Shown here: positions 27,201-38,417 of the stretch, in pieces
Layout: every line of letters starts with the position of its first letter
How positions within the stretch are numbered: the stretch's first letter is position 1
Assembly (NCBI GenBank): GCA_003697105.1
Contig: RFFQ01000040.1
Coordinates: 1-41,989, forward strand
Origin: Gemmatimonadota bacterium
GTDB taxonomy: Bacteria > 4572-55 > J002
Length of the DNA stretch: 41,989 nucleotides
Direction: 5' to 3'
Position numbers and translations under genes: made by a program
The notes under the pieces: model-generated
Database searches by the model: none
What the model was told of the DNA's origin: nothing
The model's input: only the letters and a program-made list of their open reading frames with translations

Positions 27201-27703
27201 TTCAAAAGATGACGATCCGTGGTGCGAATTTTCGGGATTTTGAACTGGTTAGCCCGCAAACATGGATAATTTCTCCCAATCTGTCCGCAACCATTACCCT
27301 CGAATTTACACCACAAACCGAGGGTTCAAAGTCTGCCCTGTTAGAAATTACCAGCAATGCGTTTTCCAGTCCTGACGAGGTGAATCTGAGCGGTGATGTC
27401 GCCATTTTTGAGGGACCGTGCCCGAACCCGCACTCCCGTACCGAACATGGGGCACGCCCGGTCATTTTTGAGTATCTTGATGCCGCTTCCACGGTACAAC
27501 TTTTTACACTCGATGGCGATCTCGTCCGGGAAGCCGGACCGGCAGATATTGATACGGGGCTTACGTGTGACGGACAATCGAGCTTGGTCTGGAAATGGGA
27601 TACCACCAATGCGAACGGCACTCCGGTTGCCCCCGGAGTGTACGTTTACGTGATTTCTGTTTCCGGCACTATCAAAACCGGCAAAGTGGCAATCTTACGG
27701 TAA
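24272..27703 (+). CDS. Secreted S8 (subtilisin-like) serine peptidase with two choice-of-anchor D/Ig-like repeats and a FlgD-Ig-like C-terminal domain
   Basis: Signal peptide, IIDTG, HGTMVGG, AAAGN and GTSLAAP. Two DFG.V..G...L.N.G..DL.I repeats. C-terminal WDTTNANGTPVAPGVYVY. Confidence 0.92.
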   Translation: MPKTMQRTVLTVLSLLLVLGSLHAAEILPGKMVVKFKDPQLRATTLAELNPLTAAPAFPHFSSRHPLARIYTLTFPESTDIETLTGRLATDANIEYAEPLYVHHTYRLSQPADLRQCRPNDEYANLDPEDPEYQWALDKMEMFEAWCTTTGDPNVLIAIIDTGMDMDHPDLVDQYYVNPNEIENGIDDDQNGLVDDLTGWDLVDGDNDPQGTATHGTMVGGIASAVTNNSIGIAGIGYSCALLPIRAGQSTDITFGYQGILYAAVMGADIINCSWGRSGRYSHFENDILQTVTEMGSLVIAAAGNEGTDALHWPAAYENVLSVGNTNENDVLVSNSNYGTWLDVCAPGASIRTTHVNGGYTTSGGTSLAAPQVAGLAGLVKSLHPDWTPQQIAAQIIATADPIDSFNLEQLAGKLGSGRVNGRRAVTETTEFVRYEHYQINDPDGDGVVERNELEQSLELAVTLRSLLSDVPNVTGTLTTNDEFVSITDGSATFGTLVQNQLQSNDADPFQIVASVTTPNHHRVEFELEITADGGFHTTDRFAIYLKPSYRQHRVGAIDCAVSDRGVSGWGYLASNDLEVIGMRYPQDRPWDFGFGGSLVVGASVDWMAEGYGNNTSDPNAWTTTADGSLILSSSEQADESGIAVYEAESAAGESYRVTQTTFAWADAPNNDFVIYRFRLRNTGEHPLTNVHAGYFWDFDVPGDIYGFSENLADFDEALDVGYAYHATRDTLPYAGLQLLSETAYAFRVISNSTDVYPTGDISDRKLYEYLGVNEPIIQSQPMDLSLLLGVAPFDLAVGEAKDLAFAFLAGDDLADLQANAQAAREIYSTLTIPDLVVTPESYDFGVVPVGENRTATFTLRNEGTADLTIDQITITGTHATAFELTRGGNTTLLTPNQSAELDVQFSPIQSGMHNAQVVIQVGNSSEAILLGGIGLSENEAVLQIEPEQLDFGAVLLGTTVTKQLVLTNAGNTDLSIQKMTIRGANFRDFELVSPQTWIISPNLSATITLEFTPQTEGSKSALLEITSNAFSSPDEVNLSGDVAIFEGPCPNPHSRTEHGARPVIFEYLDAASTVQLFTLDGDLVREAGPADIDTGLTCDGQSSLVWKWDTTNANGTPVAPGVYVYVISVSGTIKTGKVAILR

Positions 27704-27751
27704 ATCAATAGACGTTTCATATTCATTCCATCATGCAACATGAGGTTAAAT

Positions 27752-29974
<2,223 letters not shown>

Positions 29975-30011
29975 CTCATTTTTAAGGGAAGATTTGGAGG
30001 AGGAAATCCAG

Positions 30012-31361
30012 ATGTTTAATTATCACGAAGCAATGCGCCGGGCACTGGCGTATCCGGGACAGGTAAAGTATGAACTGGATTCGTATGATTACTATTTTCA
30101 GCAGGAATTGGATCAAACCCCGATTCCCAATTTTCACCTGAACAAGAAAATTCATGCGGTCTATCCGGTGTTTGATGAAAAATACACCCTGTTTAAGCGC
30201 TTCAGCGAAGGGCTTTTCCGTATTTTTGAAAAAGTAGCAGAAGAACGCTTTCAGGAGATCACCGCCGGGAAGGATGATTTCGGATTTTCGGAATTTGAAC
30301 AACGGTTGGTCAAAGTGCGCCCTCGTTCCGGACGGTTGATCCGCCATTTGCGCTTTGATGCCATCTATTCCCCGTCTTACGAAAAGATCGTGATCTTGGA
30401 ATGCAATCCCGAAAATCCCGGCGGGATGTGGGATAACGACTTTGCCGTCAGTTGCATGGCACGCAATATGTCCAAGCTGTATCAAGGAATTTTTGCACCG
30501 GACGGAGACTGGTCAAAAATCAATTACAACAAACAAAAAGATATGCTGATCAATTCCATCGTGGACGCCCACCAGACCATGTTTGGCAAACCACCGGTGA
30601 CCATTGCCATCGGGCTATTCCCAGAAGATGACGGGCACTTTATCGCCCATTGTCAGGCGCTTTACATGCGACAAAAAGGCTTCAACGCGATTGTGGTCAA
30701 TCCGGCGGAACTGCGCTACCATGAGGGCAAAGTGTACGCCCCAGATAATACCCCCATTGATGTTCTTTTCCGTGGATTCCTGATTTTTGAAGCCAATAAT
30801 CACGCCCATGAACTGGATCAATTTTTGGCGGCATACGAAAATCAAGATTTATGCGTGGTCCCGCCGATGAGCGATGCGCTGGTCAATTCCAAAACCTTGA
30901 TCGCCGAAATCCCAACGCGCTACCGCCACCTGCTCACCGATGAAGAATATGCCCTAACCCAAGAGTTTTTCCCCGAAACCCACGTCCTTACCCCAGATAA
31001 TTACGACCGATTTATGAGCGACCTGATGAACTGGGTCATTAAACCGGGCGAAGGTTACGGCGGTTTTGGCGTGTTAGTGGGGCGGGAATCGTTCGATAAG
31101 GAATTGCCAAGCAAAGCGGATGTTGCCAACGGGCATTGGGTCGCACAGCGCTATTACCCGCATGAAACCATCAAAGCACCCTATTATCATTATGAGAACG
31201 GCACTGTCTCGATTGAGACAATCAATGTGGTTATCGGTACTCTTTGCATCTTGGGCAAATATACCGGTACCTTGGTCCGCGGGGCGTTAGGGAACGTAAT
31301 TAACACCCATCAAGGGGCCGAAATTTTGACCCCATTTGACCCCGACTATTGGGTAAAATAA
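30012..31361 (+). CDS. Circularly permuted ATP-grasp amide ligase (glutathionylspermidine-synthase-like)
   Basis: LRFD...ILECNPENPGG, NSK, WVIKPGEGYGGFGVLVG and WVAQRY. The GGAGGAGG RBS supports the ATG at 30012. Confidence 0.8.
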   Translation: MFNYHEAMRRALAYPGQVKYELDSYDYYFQQELDQTPIPNFHLNKKIHAVYPVFDEKYTLFKRFSEGLFRIFEKVAEERFQEITAGKDDFGFSEFEQRLVKVRPRSGRLIRHLRFDAIYSPSYEKIVILECNPENPGGMWDNDFAVSCMARNMSKLYQGIFAPDGDWSKINYNKQKDMLINSIVDAHQTMFGKPPVTIAIGLFPEDDGHFIAHCQALYMRQKGFNAIVVNPAELRYHEGKVYAPDNTPIDVLFRGFLIFEANNHAHELDQFLAAYENQDLCVVPPMSDALVNSKTLIAEIPTRYRHLLTDEEYALTQEFFPETHVLTPDNYDRFMSDLMNWVIKPGEGYGGFGVLVGRESFDKELPSKADVANGHWVAQRYYPHETIKAPYYHYENGTVSIETINVVIGTLCILGKYTGTLVRGALGNVINTHQGAEILTPFDPDYWVK

Positions 31362-31395
31362 CACCGGTGCAAGTGGATTGGATTGCTTGGCGATT

Positions 31396-31429
31396 AAAAG
31401 GGCATGGAATCCCGTCCATGCCCTTTTTT
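31396..31429 (+). terminator. Intrinsic terminator after the CP-ATP-grasp gene
   Basis: AAAAGGGCATGGA-N6-TCCATGCCCTTTTTT. Confidence 0.78.
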
Positions 31430-31430
31430 A

Positions 31431-31459
31431 TTGAAATCTGATGCCCCGTGTGCTAAATT
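31431..31459 (+). promoter_or_regulatory. sigma70-type promoter for the fusion protein and ATP-grasp operon
   Basis: TTGAAA-N17-TAAATT with TG extension, immediately after the terminator. Confidence 0.55.
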
Positions 31460-31508
31460 CAACGTCACCTGTCCCATTGTTGGTCTCTTCCCTCTAAATA
31501 GGTCGGTT

Positions 31509-33971
31509 ATGCGCGGAAAAATCATTTGTAGCAGTCACAACATCAATCGGGAGGCATTTATCCATCGTTTTCGCGATTTGATTGCCTCCACGAACCATTT
31601 TGACCCCAAAGTACGGCGCACCAAAAAAGTACTGCTCATCACTGCCGGCTGGCAAACGGCAGAGTACGAAGAAAGCCACCTCAAACGTGCCCTCAACCGG
31701 ATTGGTATTGAGTCTCGATATGATGCCCACGGGTACGACATCAATATCCAAAATCTGGCGATTTACCATCAATTTAACCGGTTCAAAGCCCATTCCAGCA
31801 AAATTTATCAGGAATATCACGAAAAACAGGAGACGATCAAGCACATCAAAGAATTCTATCGCACCAAAAATACCGGCATGATTGAAACCTATTGGGAACA
31901 GGTCGATTTGGTGCGAAAGTACTTCCCCGACATGAACCTGCGCGATATTCTGGGATACAAAATCGATCAACCGCGCGGTGATTTGACCGGTTTGCCACTG
32001 CCAGAGGTGCAAAAACTCTATTTTTGCCAGCAAGTGCAAAATACCTTGCGGAATGTGATTCAATATGACGAGATGATGGTCAACACGATTGAGGAGATTG
32101 AATCCTATTTTGTGGCACATTCCAACGTCAAACAAGATGCTCTTTACCAACAAATTCGGAATGATCTGCAACAGCGCATCCTTTCCAGTAACTCGATCTT
32201 CATCTTTGGGGGACACACGACGGTGCTGATGAACCGCCTCCGCTTTTTTGACTTGAAGGAGACGTTGATCGAAGCCCTCAACCGCGGGACAAACTTCTTT
32301 ACGGTCGGTTCCGGGGCGGAAATTTTATGCGATAAATTGATCCTGTACAATAACCATCCGGATCGCCGCACGCCCCGCGAAACCTTCGAGTTTCATGATA
32401 ACGGCTTAGGATTAATCAGCCATCTGCAAATCCTACCCCCCAACGTTTCGCAAATCAATATTGAAGACGCCGACCTGCGCACCCATATCGCGAATCGATT
32501 TAATAGCCATACCTGCGTCTTACTGGATAAAGATTCCTATCTTTACATAGAAGCCCGCCCGGAGACGAACCAATACGAAGAAACAACGACAGAGCAACGG
32601 TACATTGCCCTCGGTGAGACCGATTATCTCTACATTTTTAATAAATCCGGTGAGTTGGAGCGGAAACATGCCGGCGAGGAACTTTTCCCGGGCAAATCGC
32701 GACGGATTACAACCTCGCTGGTCCATCGCGATGCCTCACCCCGCTTGAAAGCGTTGATCAGCCGGGTGCACCATGTCCAGCGAATCAAATACGGTAACAT
32801 CAACGAGGTTGTCCAACAATTCATCCAAAATGAGACCTTCCCCCTTACTGATGGCTATACCACAACATTTTTCTATTTTGATCCCCATCATACCGTCAAA
32901 TCGGTCTATCTCTACAGTTCCATTGGGCACGATGATGACGATCTGGTCTTTTACCAGTACAAAAATACGGGGATTTTTTACCTGCCGATGAAATTTCAAC
33001 CGGTTTCACGGTTGGAATATAAATTGATGTTAGATTACGGGAATCAGCAGTACCGGGAGATACTAGACCCGTACCATTCGCACTGGGCATACGGGCCGTT
33101 TGGTCCGAAATCCGTTATGGTTACTCCGGATTACCGGCGTGCGGCGATGGCAGAATATCATGAGACACACCCTCACGGCACACTGGAGGAAGTCATTTTC
33201 CCCAGCCGGATAATGGGGGATCAACGACAATTTCAATTGTACACCCCGCCGGATTATCAGCCGGATACCCCTTATCCGCTGGTGATCTTCCATGACGGGT
33301 ATGATTATCTTCAGTTTTCGGCCCTCAAAACCATTTTGGATAACTTGATTCATTACCAGTTGATCCGTCCGGTTGTGGCGGTTTTTTCCAAGCCGGTACA
33401 CCGCTTTGAGGAATACGGCGCGAATCCAAAATATGCCCAGTTCATGGTAGAAGAGGTGATAGCGCACGCCCGCCAACGGCGGAACATATCCTCCAATCCC
33501 GTCGACATTTGCACGGTTGGAGCCAGTTTAGGGGGTGTCGTCTCCCTGTATCTATTCGATCAATATCCCGATGTGTTTGGCGGAGTGATCGCGCAATCCG
33601 GCTCATTTTTTATGAATCAAGAAGGATTCGGCTGGGCAAAAGACCGTGCCCCCCGCATCGTCAATTTTGTGGAACGCTTTACGGTCACCCCTCCCCAGCA
33701 CGATCCCAAAATTGTACTGACCTGCGGGCGATTTGAAGGGCTAATCTACATCAACCGGGTTATGGCAGAACGGCTAGACCAACTGGGCTATAATTACCGG
33801 TACATCGAAAACAATGATGGGCATACCTGGGTGGGTTGGTCTGATTTGATGCCTACGGCCCTCCGCAATATATTCGGAACGTTGACCACCGCCACCGGCG
33901 ATCTCATCACACCGGCGGGGATCATCAGCCTTAACAGCGAGGTACAACTGCCAATGGTGCAGTTTCACTAA
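31509..33971 (+). CDS. Fusion: peptidase S51/class-I glutamine-amidotransferase-like domain + Ig/CBM48-like domain + Fes-like alpha/beta-hydrolase
   Basis: N-part has LITAGWQ..E and IFGGHTTVLMNRLRFF...GLGL. Middle has SRLEYK...DPY...GPFG.KS. C-part has YTPPDY, HDG.DY, GASLGG, AQSGSF and GHTW..W. Start moved to 31509 because 31404 lies inside a terminator. Confidence 0.75.
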   Translation: MRGKIICSSHNINREAFIHRFRDLIASTNHFDPKVRRTKKVLLITAGWQTAEYEESHLKRALNRIGIESRYDAHGYDINIQNLAIYHQFNRFKAHSSKIYQEYHEKQETIKHIKEFYRTKNTGMIETYWEQVDLVRKYFPDMNLRDILGYKIDQPRGDLTGLPLPEVQKLYFCQQVQNTLRNVIQYDEMMVNTIEEIESYFVAHSNVKQDALYQQIRNDLQQRILSSNSIFIFGGHTTVLMNRLRFFDLKETLIEALNRGTNFFTVGSGAEILCDKLILYNNHPDRRTPRETFEFHDNGLGLISHLQILPPNVSQINIEDADLRTHIANRFNSHTCVLLDKDSYLYIEARPETNQYEETTTEQRYIALGETDYLYIFNKSGELERKHAGEELFPGKSRRITTSLVHRDASPRLKALISRVHHVQRIKYGNINEVVQQFIQNETFPLTDGYTTTFFYFDPHHTVKSVYLYSSIGHDDDDLVFYQYKNTGIFYLPMKFQPVSRLEYKLMLDYGNQQYREILDPYHSHWAYGPFGPKSVMVTPDYRRAAMAEYHETHPHGTLEEVIFPSRIMGDQRQFQLYTPPDYQPDTPYPLVIFHDGYDYLQFSALKTILDNLIHYQLIRPVVAVFSKPVHRFEEYGANPKYAQFMVEEVIAHARQRRNISSNPVDICTVGASLGGVVSLYLFDQYPDVFGGVIAQSGSFFMNQEGFGWAKDRAPRIVNFVERFTVTPPQHDPKIVLTCGRFEGLIYINRVMAERLDQLGYNYRYIENNDGHTWVGWSDLMPTALRNIFGTLTTATGDLITPAGIISLNSEVQLPMVQFH

Positions 33972-34016
33972 ACACGATCCAGCCTTGAACCTAAAACGTA
34001 CAAAAAAGGAGGAGTT

Positions 34017-35246
34017 ATGCGTCACGTTGTCTTTTATTCGCCTCATTTTGGGGAAAATACGCTGCGGTTTGTGTGGCCCATCCGGCGCCACATGCCGGAT
34101 GTGAATCTCATCGGCATTGGACAAGACCCTCCCGAGTATATTGAGAGTTTAGGTGGGGCATTTAACGAATTTTATCGTGTGGAGGATGCCACCCAGCAAG
34201 ACCAACTGGAAGCAGTGATTCGGGCACTCTCTACCGACCGCCAAATCCACGCCTTGCTCAATATTCAGGAACAACTCCAGATGCTCATCGCGCGGGTACG
34301 GGAACGGTTTGGTATTCCCGGTATCTACCCGGAGACCATGCACAAATTCCGTGATAAAGCCCACATGAAGCGGGTCTTAAAGGAAAATAATATCCGCTGT
34401 GCAGATTATCGGCGCGTGAATTCCGAAGCCGAAGCCCGCCAATTTGCGGAAGAAAACGGCTATCCCTTTGTCCTCAAGCCACTCAAAGGAGCGGGATCGG
34501 TGGATACGTTCGTGGTGTTCAACCAGTTGGAATTTGATAATTATCTGAGACAGATGGATATTACTCCAGAAACACCGGCAATTATGGAAGAGTTTATCCT
34601 CGGTCAGGAAGGCTCTTTTGATACGTTGACCTTGAATGGGGAAATCAAGTATTATGGCATCAACCACTACTACCCCACCCCGCTGGATGCCATGCGCAAC
34701 CCTTGGATACAACCGATTTACATTTTTAATCATGAATTGGTGGATAGCCCCGAACTGGAAGATGTCCGGGAAGTGGGACGCCGCGTGATTGAGGTGTTTG
34801 CACCGGGGACATCCATCACCCACATGGAGTGGTTCCGGCGCCAATCGGATGGAAAAATTTATGTCGGGGAAATTGCCGCACGTCCCGGCGGAAAACCGAT
34901 TATCGATCTGCATAATTTCGCCCAAGATATCGACTTATACCGGGCTTGGGGCGAACTCATGATCAATCACCGGGTTGATTTAAATGCGGAGCGAAAATAC
35001 AGTGCCGGCTGCGCCCATTTGCGGGCACAAGGTCCTAAGGGTGGGCGCATTCGCGAAATTCACGGTGTCGAGCAGGTACGGCAAGCAGTCGGGCGCTATA
35101 TCGTGGATGAACTGATCCCGCCCATCGGGAGCGAGAAAACCGAATCCTACATTGGCGAAGGGCACTACTACTGCCGCGGAAAACGGTTCGACGAAGTCTT
35201 CAGTGCGCTGCGTTATATCGTGGAAACCATCCGAATCTACTGTTGA
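34017..35246 (+). CDS. ATP-grasp domain protein (L-amino-acid-ligase-like)
   Basis: FRDKAHMK, GYPFVLKP..GAGS, MEEFI.G.E, THMEWF and GEIAARPGG. GGAGGAG RBS. Confidence 0.88.
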   Translation: MRHVVFYSPHFGENTLRFVWPIRRHMPDVNLIGIGQDPPEYIESLGGAFNEFYRVEDATQQDQLEAVIRALSTDRQIHALLNIQEQLQMLIARVRERFGIPGIYPETMHKFRDKAHMKRVLKENNIRCADYRRVNSEAEARQFAEENGYPFVLKPLKGAGSVDTFVVFNQLEFDNYLRQMDITPETPAIMEEFILGQEGSFDTLTLNGEIKYYGINHYYPTPLDAMRNPWIQPIYIFNHELVDSPELEDVREVGRRVIEVFAPGTSITHMEWFRRQSDGKIYVGEIAARPGGKPIIDLHNFAQDIDLYRAWGELMINHRVDLNAERKYSAGCAHLRAQGPKGGRIREIHGVEQVRQAVGRYIVDELIPPIGSEKTESYIGEGHYYCRGKRFDEVFSALRYIVETIRIYC

Positions 35247-35288
35247 TGGGTACAGCGAAGCACCAGACATCACCAAACTCAAATTTCA

Positions 35289-36188
35289 ATGACAAAAATC
35301 ATCGCCCTTTTCAGGTATTATTGGGGTGGCTTGATCCACCGGCTGGGTGAACATCACGCCTTTTTGCTGAGTGGCGGGTTAGCATTTTCGATCTTCATTT
35401 GCATCCTCCCCACAGTGTTGATCATATTTTCGGTGTTAGGGCAAATTTTAGAAACATCCTCCATGCAGGAATATCTCAACACCCTGATCGAAAATATGAT
35501 CCCGTATCCCGAATACGCCGAAAGGGTGGAAGATATCCTCGCTGAGCGCATCACGGAAGTCATTCAACAGAAAAAAATAGCCGGAATTGTCGGAATTTTG
35601 GGTCTGTTGATTGCCGCCAGCGGGCTATTCAGCAGTATGCGCACGATCTTAAACCGGGTGTACCAGATCGAGGAGACCAAGCACCCCCTTGTGGGAAAAT
35701 TACGCGATTTAGGGATGATCGCTTTGGTGATGGTCTTTATGTTTTTCTCTATCGCCATCCTGCCGGTTTTAGAAGCATTGAAGGAATACACCCGTCGTCT
35801 GGAAATCCTCAACATTACGCGTAACTTATTTATTTTCAAGATATTTGAATCCGGGACGGTGCAAACCTACCTCTTTTCTCTGCTTTCTTTTTTGATCATC
35901 TTTGGCGTGTTGTACGGTATTTATACGTTGATTCCTTACGGAAAACTCCCCCGGCAGGTGGTGTTGGTGAGTGCATTTTGGACCGCCTTGTTGTGGGAGG
36001 TCGCGAAACAACTGTTTGGCTACTATCTGGCAAATTTTGCCATGTGGGGTAAATTGTATGGTACATACGTGCTATTTGTGGTGGTTGCCTTTTGGATTTA
36101 TTACTCCTCGTTGATTTTCATTATCGGAGCGGAGTTGGGGCAACTTTTTCGGGAGCGGCATTTCGGGGAGGGCGCGGCAATGCCGTAA
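35289..36188 (+). CDS. YihY/virulence factor BrkB family membrane protein
   Basis: GGLAF..F...P, LNRVY and YLANF...KLYG...WIYYSSLIFIIGAE; about six TM helices. Confidence 0.88.
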   Translation: MTKIIALFRYYWGGLIHRLGEHHAFLLSGGLAFSIFICILPTVLIIFSVLGQILETSSMQEYLNTLIENMIPYPEYAERVEDILAERITEVIQQKKIAGIVGILGLLIAASGLFSSMRTILNRVYQIEETKHPLVGKLRDLGMIALVMVFMFFSIAILPVLEALKEYTRRLEILNITRNLFIFKIFESGTVQTYLFSLLSFLIIFGVLYGIYTLIPYGKLPRQVVLVSAFWTALLWEVAKQLFGYYLANFAMWGKLYGTYVLFVVVAFWIYYSSLIFIIGAELGQLFRERHFGEGAAMP

Positions 36189-37124
36189 TCAGTCCATCAG
36201 CGTTTCCAGATGCACCTGTACACAATCGGCTAACGCGTGTACATCGTAACCGCCTTCCAGCACGGAAATTAGCCGGTTTTGGCACAAATCGGCGGCAAGT
36301 TGTTTAACGATCCGGGTCATCTCTCCAAAAAACGGTGTGGTCAAATTGATGTGCGCCAGCGGGTCTGCCTGATGGGCATCAAAACCTGCCGAGATGAGGA
36401 TAAATTCCGGTTGAAAGGTTTCCGTCACCGGTACGATCTTTTCCGAGAACGCCCGCCGGTACACCTCATCCCCAGAAAAGGCAGGTACCGGTATATTAAG
36501 GGTAAACCCTTTGCCTGCTCCGATTCCCACCTCACTCGCCGCACCCGTGCCGGGGTAGAGTGGATATTCATGGATACTCACAAAAAACACGGAGGGGTCA
36601 TCCTCAAAAATGTGTTGGGTGCCGTTACCATGATGCACATCCCAATCGATAATCAAAATCCGCTCCAGATGGTATTGGTGCTGAAGATACCGCGCCGCCA
36701 CCGCCACATTACCAAACAAGCAAAAACCCATTGCCTGATGCCGTTCGGCGTGGTGTCCCGGCGGACGCACCGCACAAAAGGCATTATCCACCTCGCCCGC
36801 CATAACGGCATCCACCGCATTGAGCACCCCACCGGCAGCAAGTTTTGCGACCTCATAGGAAAAATGATTGGCATACGTGTCACTATCAAAAAAGAAGGCT
36901 TTATGCAAAGCCGTGTTCTTGACCTCATCAATGTAATCCGGGTCGTGAACACGGCTCAACCACCGTTTTTCCACCGGTGTGGGGTCAATGGGATGCAATG
37001 CCTCCGACAATCCGGTAGATTTTAATCGATTCACAATCGCGCGGAGGCGTTGCGGGCATTCAACATGCCGGTAGGTGTATTGATGCTTCAAGTAGTCCGG
37101 GTGATAAACAAAACCGGTTTTCAT
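36189..37124 (-). CDS. Zn-dependent histone deacetylase family protein
   Basis: RPPGHHA, GFCLFGN, DWDVHHGNGTQ, SAGFDAH..DPL and LEGGY. Confidence 0.95.
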   Translation of the reverse strand: MKTGFVYHPDYLKHQYTYRHVECPQRLRAIVNRLKSTGLSEALHPIDPTPVEKRWLSRVHDPDYIDEVKNTALHKAFFFDSDTYANHFSYEVAKLAAGGVLNAVDAVMAGEVDNAFCAVRPPGHHAERHQAMGFCLFGNVAVAARYLQHQYHLERILIIDWDVHHGNGTQHIFEDDPSVFFVSIHEYPLYPGTGAASEVGIGAGKGFTLNIPVPAFSGDEVYRRAFSEKIVPVTETFQPEFILISAGFDAHQADPLAHINLTTPFFGEMTRIVKQLAADLCQNRLISVLEGGYDVHALADCVQVHLETLMD

Positions 37125-37132
37125 GTATCCGC

Positions 37133-38311
37133 CTATTTCATTGCTGAAGAAGAATGGTGTTTGATGACGTGTCCGATAATCTCTGCCGTGCGGGACGATG
37201 CGCCCATTTCCCCTAATTTCTCGCGGATACGGGCTAATTTAGCTTGAATTTCCTTCCGGACACCCTCATTTTGCAGGATGTTGAGCGCCTCTGGAACGAT
37301 GTTTTCTGGGGTAGCATCCTGTTGCACAAATTCCGGGACAATACGCTCTTCTGCCACCACATTCACTAAACCGATATTGGGGATTTTCACCACTCGCTTA
37401 CCAATTTGATACGATAGCGGCGATACTTTATACAATACAATTAGCGGTGTCCCAAATAACCCGCTTTCCAGCGTTGCCGTACCGGAACAGCAGAGTAACA
37501 AATCAGACCCGCCCATCACAGGATGGGTGATGTTCCAATCATAATTGATTTCGGGTAAGTGGCGTTCATTCCAGCGGTCTAGGATAGGGGTGATCGCTTC
37601 GGAGGGGATGGTTGGGGCAACCGCAAGTACTACTTGAATCGGCAAGGTATCATGGATTTGTTCCACGGAATCCAACATCACGGGTAGAAGCCGCTCAATC
37701 TCCTGTTTACGACTCCCGGGCAATAATCCAATGACCGGTTGTGCCGGATCGAGGTTGAAATGTTTCATTAATTGATGCCGGTGGGTGCGGTCGGTAAAAT
37801 CGATCTCTTCCAATAGCGGATGTCCCACAAATTCGGTATCCAGACCGGCGTTGGTATATAAATCTACCTCGAACGGAAAGATAACGATCATCTTATCCAC
37901 CAGTTTGGCGATGCGGGGGATCCGGGCGGAATTCCATGCCCACACTTGCGGGCTGATGTAGTAAATGATCGGGGGGCACTGTTCCGCCAGACGCAAGCGC
38001 AAGCGCTGGGCAAACCGGAGGTTGAAACCGGGGTAATCTACCAGTAAGATGGCATCCGGTTGGCGTTCCTGAATGGCATGTTGCAACCGTACCGCGACCC
38101 GTAAGATAAATGGCAGATGTTTCACCACCTCCACGAAGCCCAAAAATGCCATTTCATGGCAATGGTAGATCAGTTCCACACCGGCGGCACGCATTTCATC
38201 CCCGCCCACGCCAAACACTTGCAAGTCGGGGTCTATTTTTTTAAGTTCACGGATGACATTCGCCGTGTGTAAATCTGCGGAGGCTTCGCCAGCAATTACA
38301 AATAGGTTCAT
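37133..38311 (-). CDS. lpxB: Lipid-A-disaccharide synthase
   Basis: AGEASAD, VDYPGFN, SPQVWAW, FPFE, FVGHPL, LLPGSR..E and SGTATLE. Confidence 0.96.
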   Translation of the reverse strand: MNLFVIAGEASADLHTANVIRELKKIDPDLQVFGVGGDEMRAAGVELIYHCHEMAFLGFVEVVKHLPFILRVAVRLQHAIQERQPDAILLVDYPGFNLRFAQRLRLRLAEQCPPIIYYISPQVWAWNSARIPRIAKLVDKMIVIFPFEVDLYTNAGLDTEFVGHPLLEEIDFTDRTHRHQLMKHFNLDPAQPVIGLLPGSRKQEIERLLPVMLDSVEQIHDTLPIQVVLAVAPTIPSEAITPILDRWNERHLPEINYDWNITHPVMGGSDLLLCCSGTATLESGLFGTPLIVLYKVSPLSYQIGKRVVKIPNIGLVNVVAEERIVPEFVQQDATPENIVPEALNILQNEGVRKEIQAKLARIREKLGEMGASSRTAEIIGHVIKHHSSSAMK

Positions 38312-38374
38312 CACAATATCCTAATACGATTCATTCAATACCCAACGGGTCGTTATAAGCCTTCATACCAACAC

Positions 38375-38407
38375 AAAAGCGATAGCTTGGAACAAGCCAT
38401 CGTTTTT
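38375..38407. terminator. Intrinsic terminator directly downstream (minus strand) of a tmRNA/tRNA-like 3' remnant
   Basis: AAAAGCGATAGCTTG-GAA-CAAGCCATCGTTTTT. Confidence 0.65.
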
Positions 38408-38417
38408 ATTTTTCATC

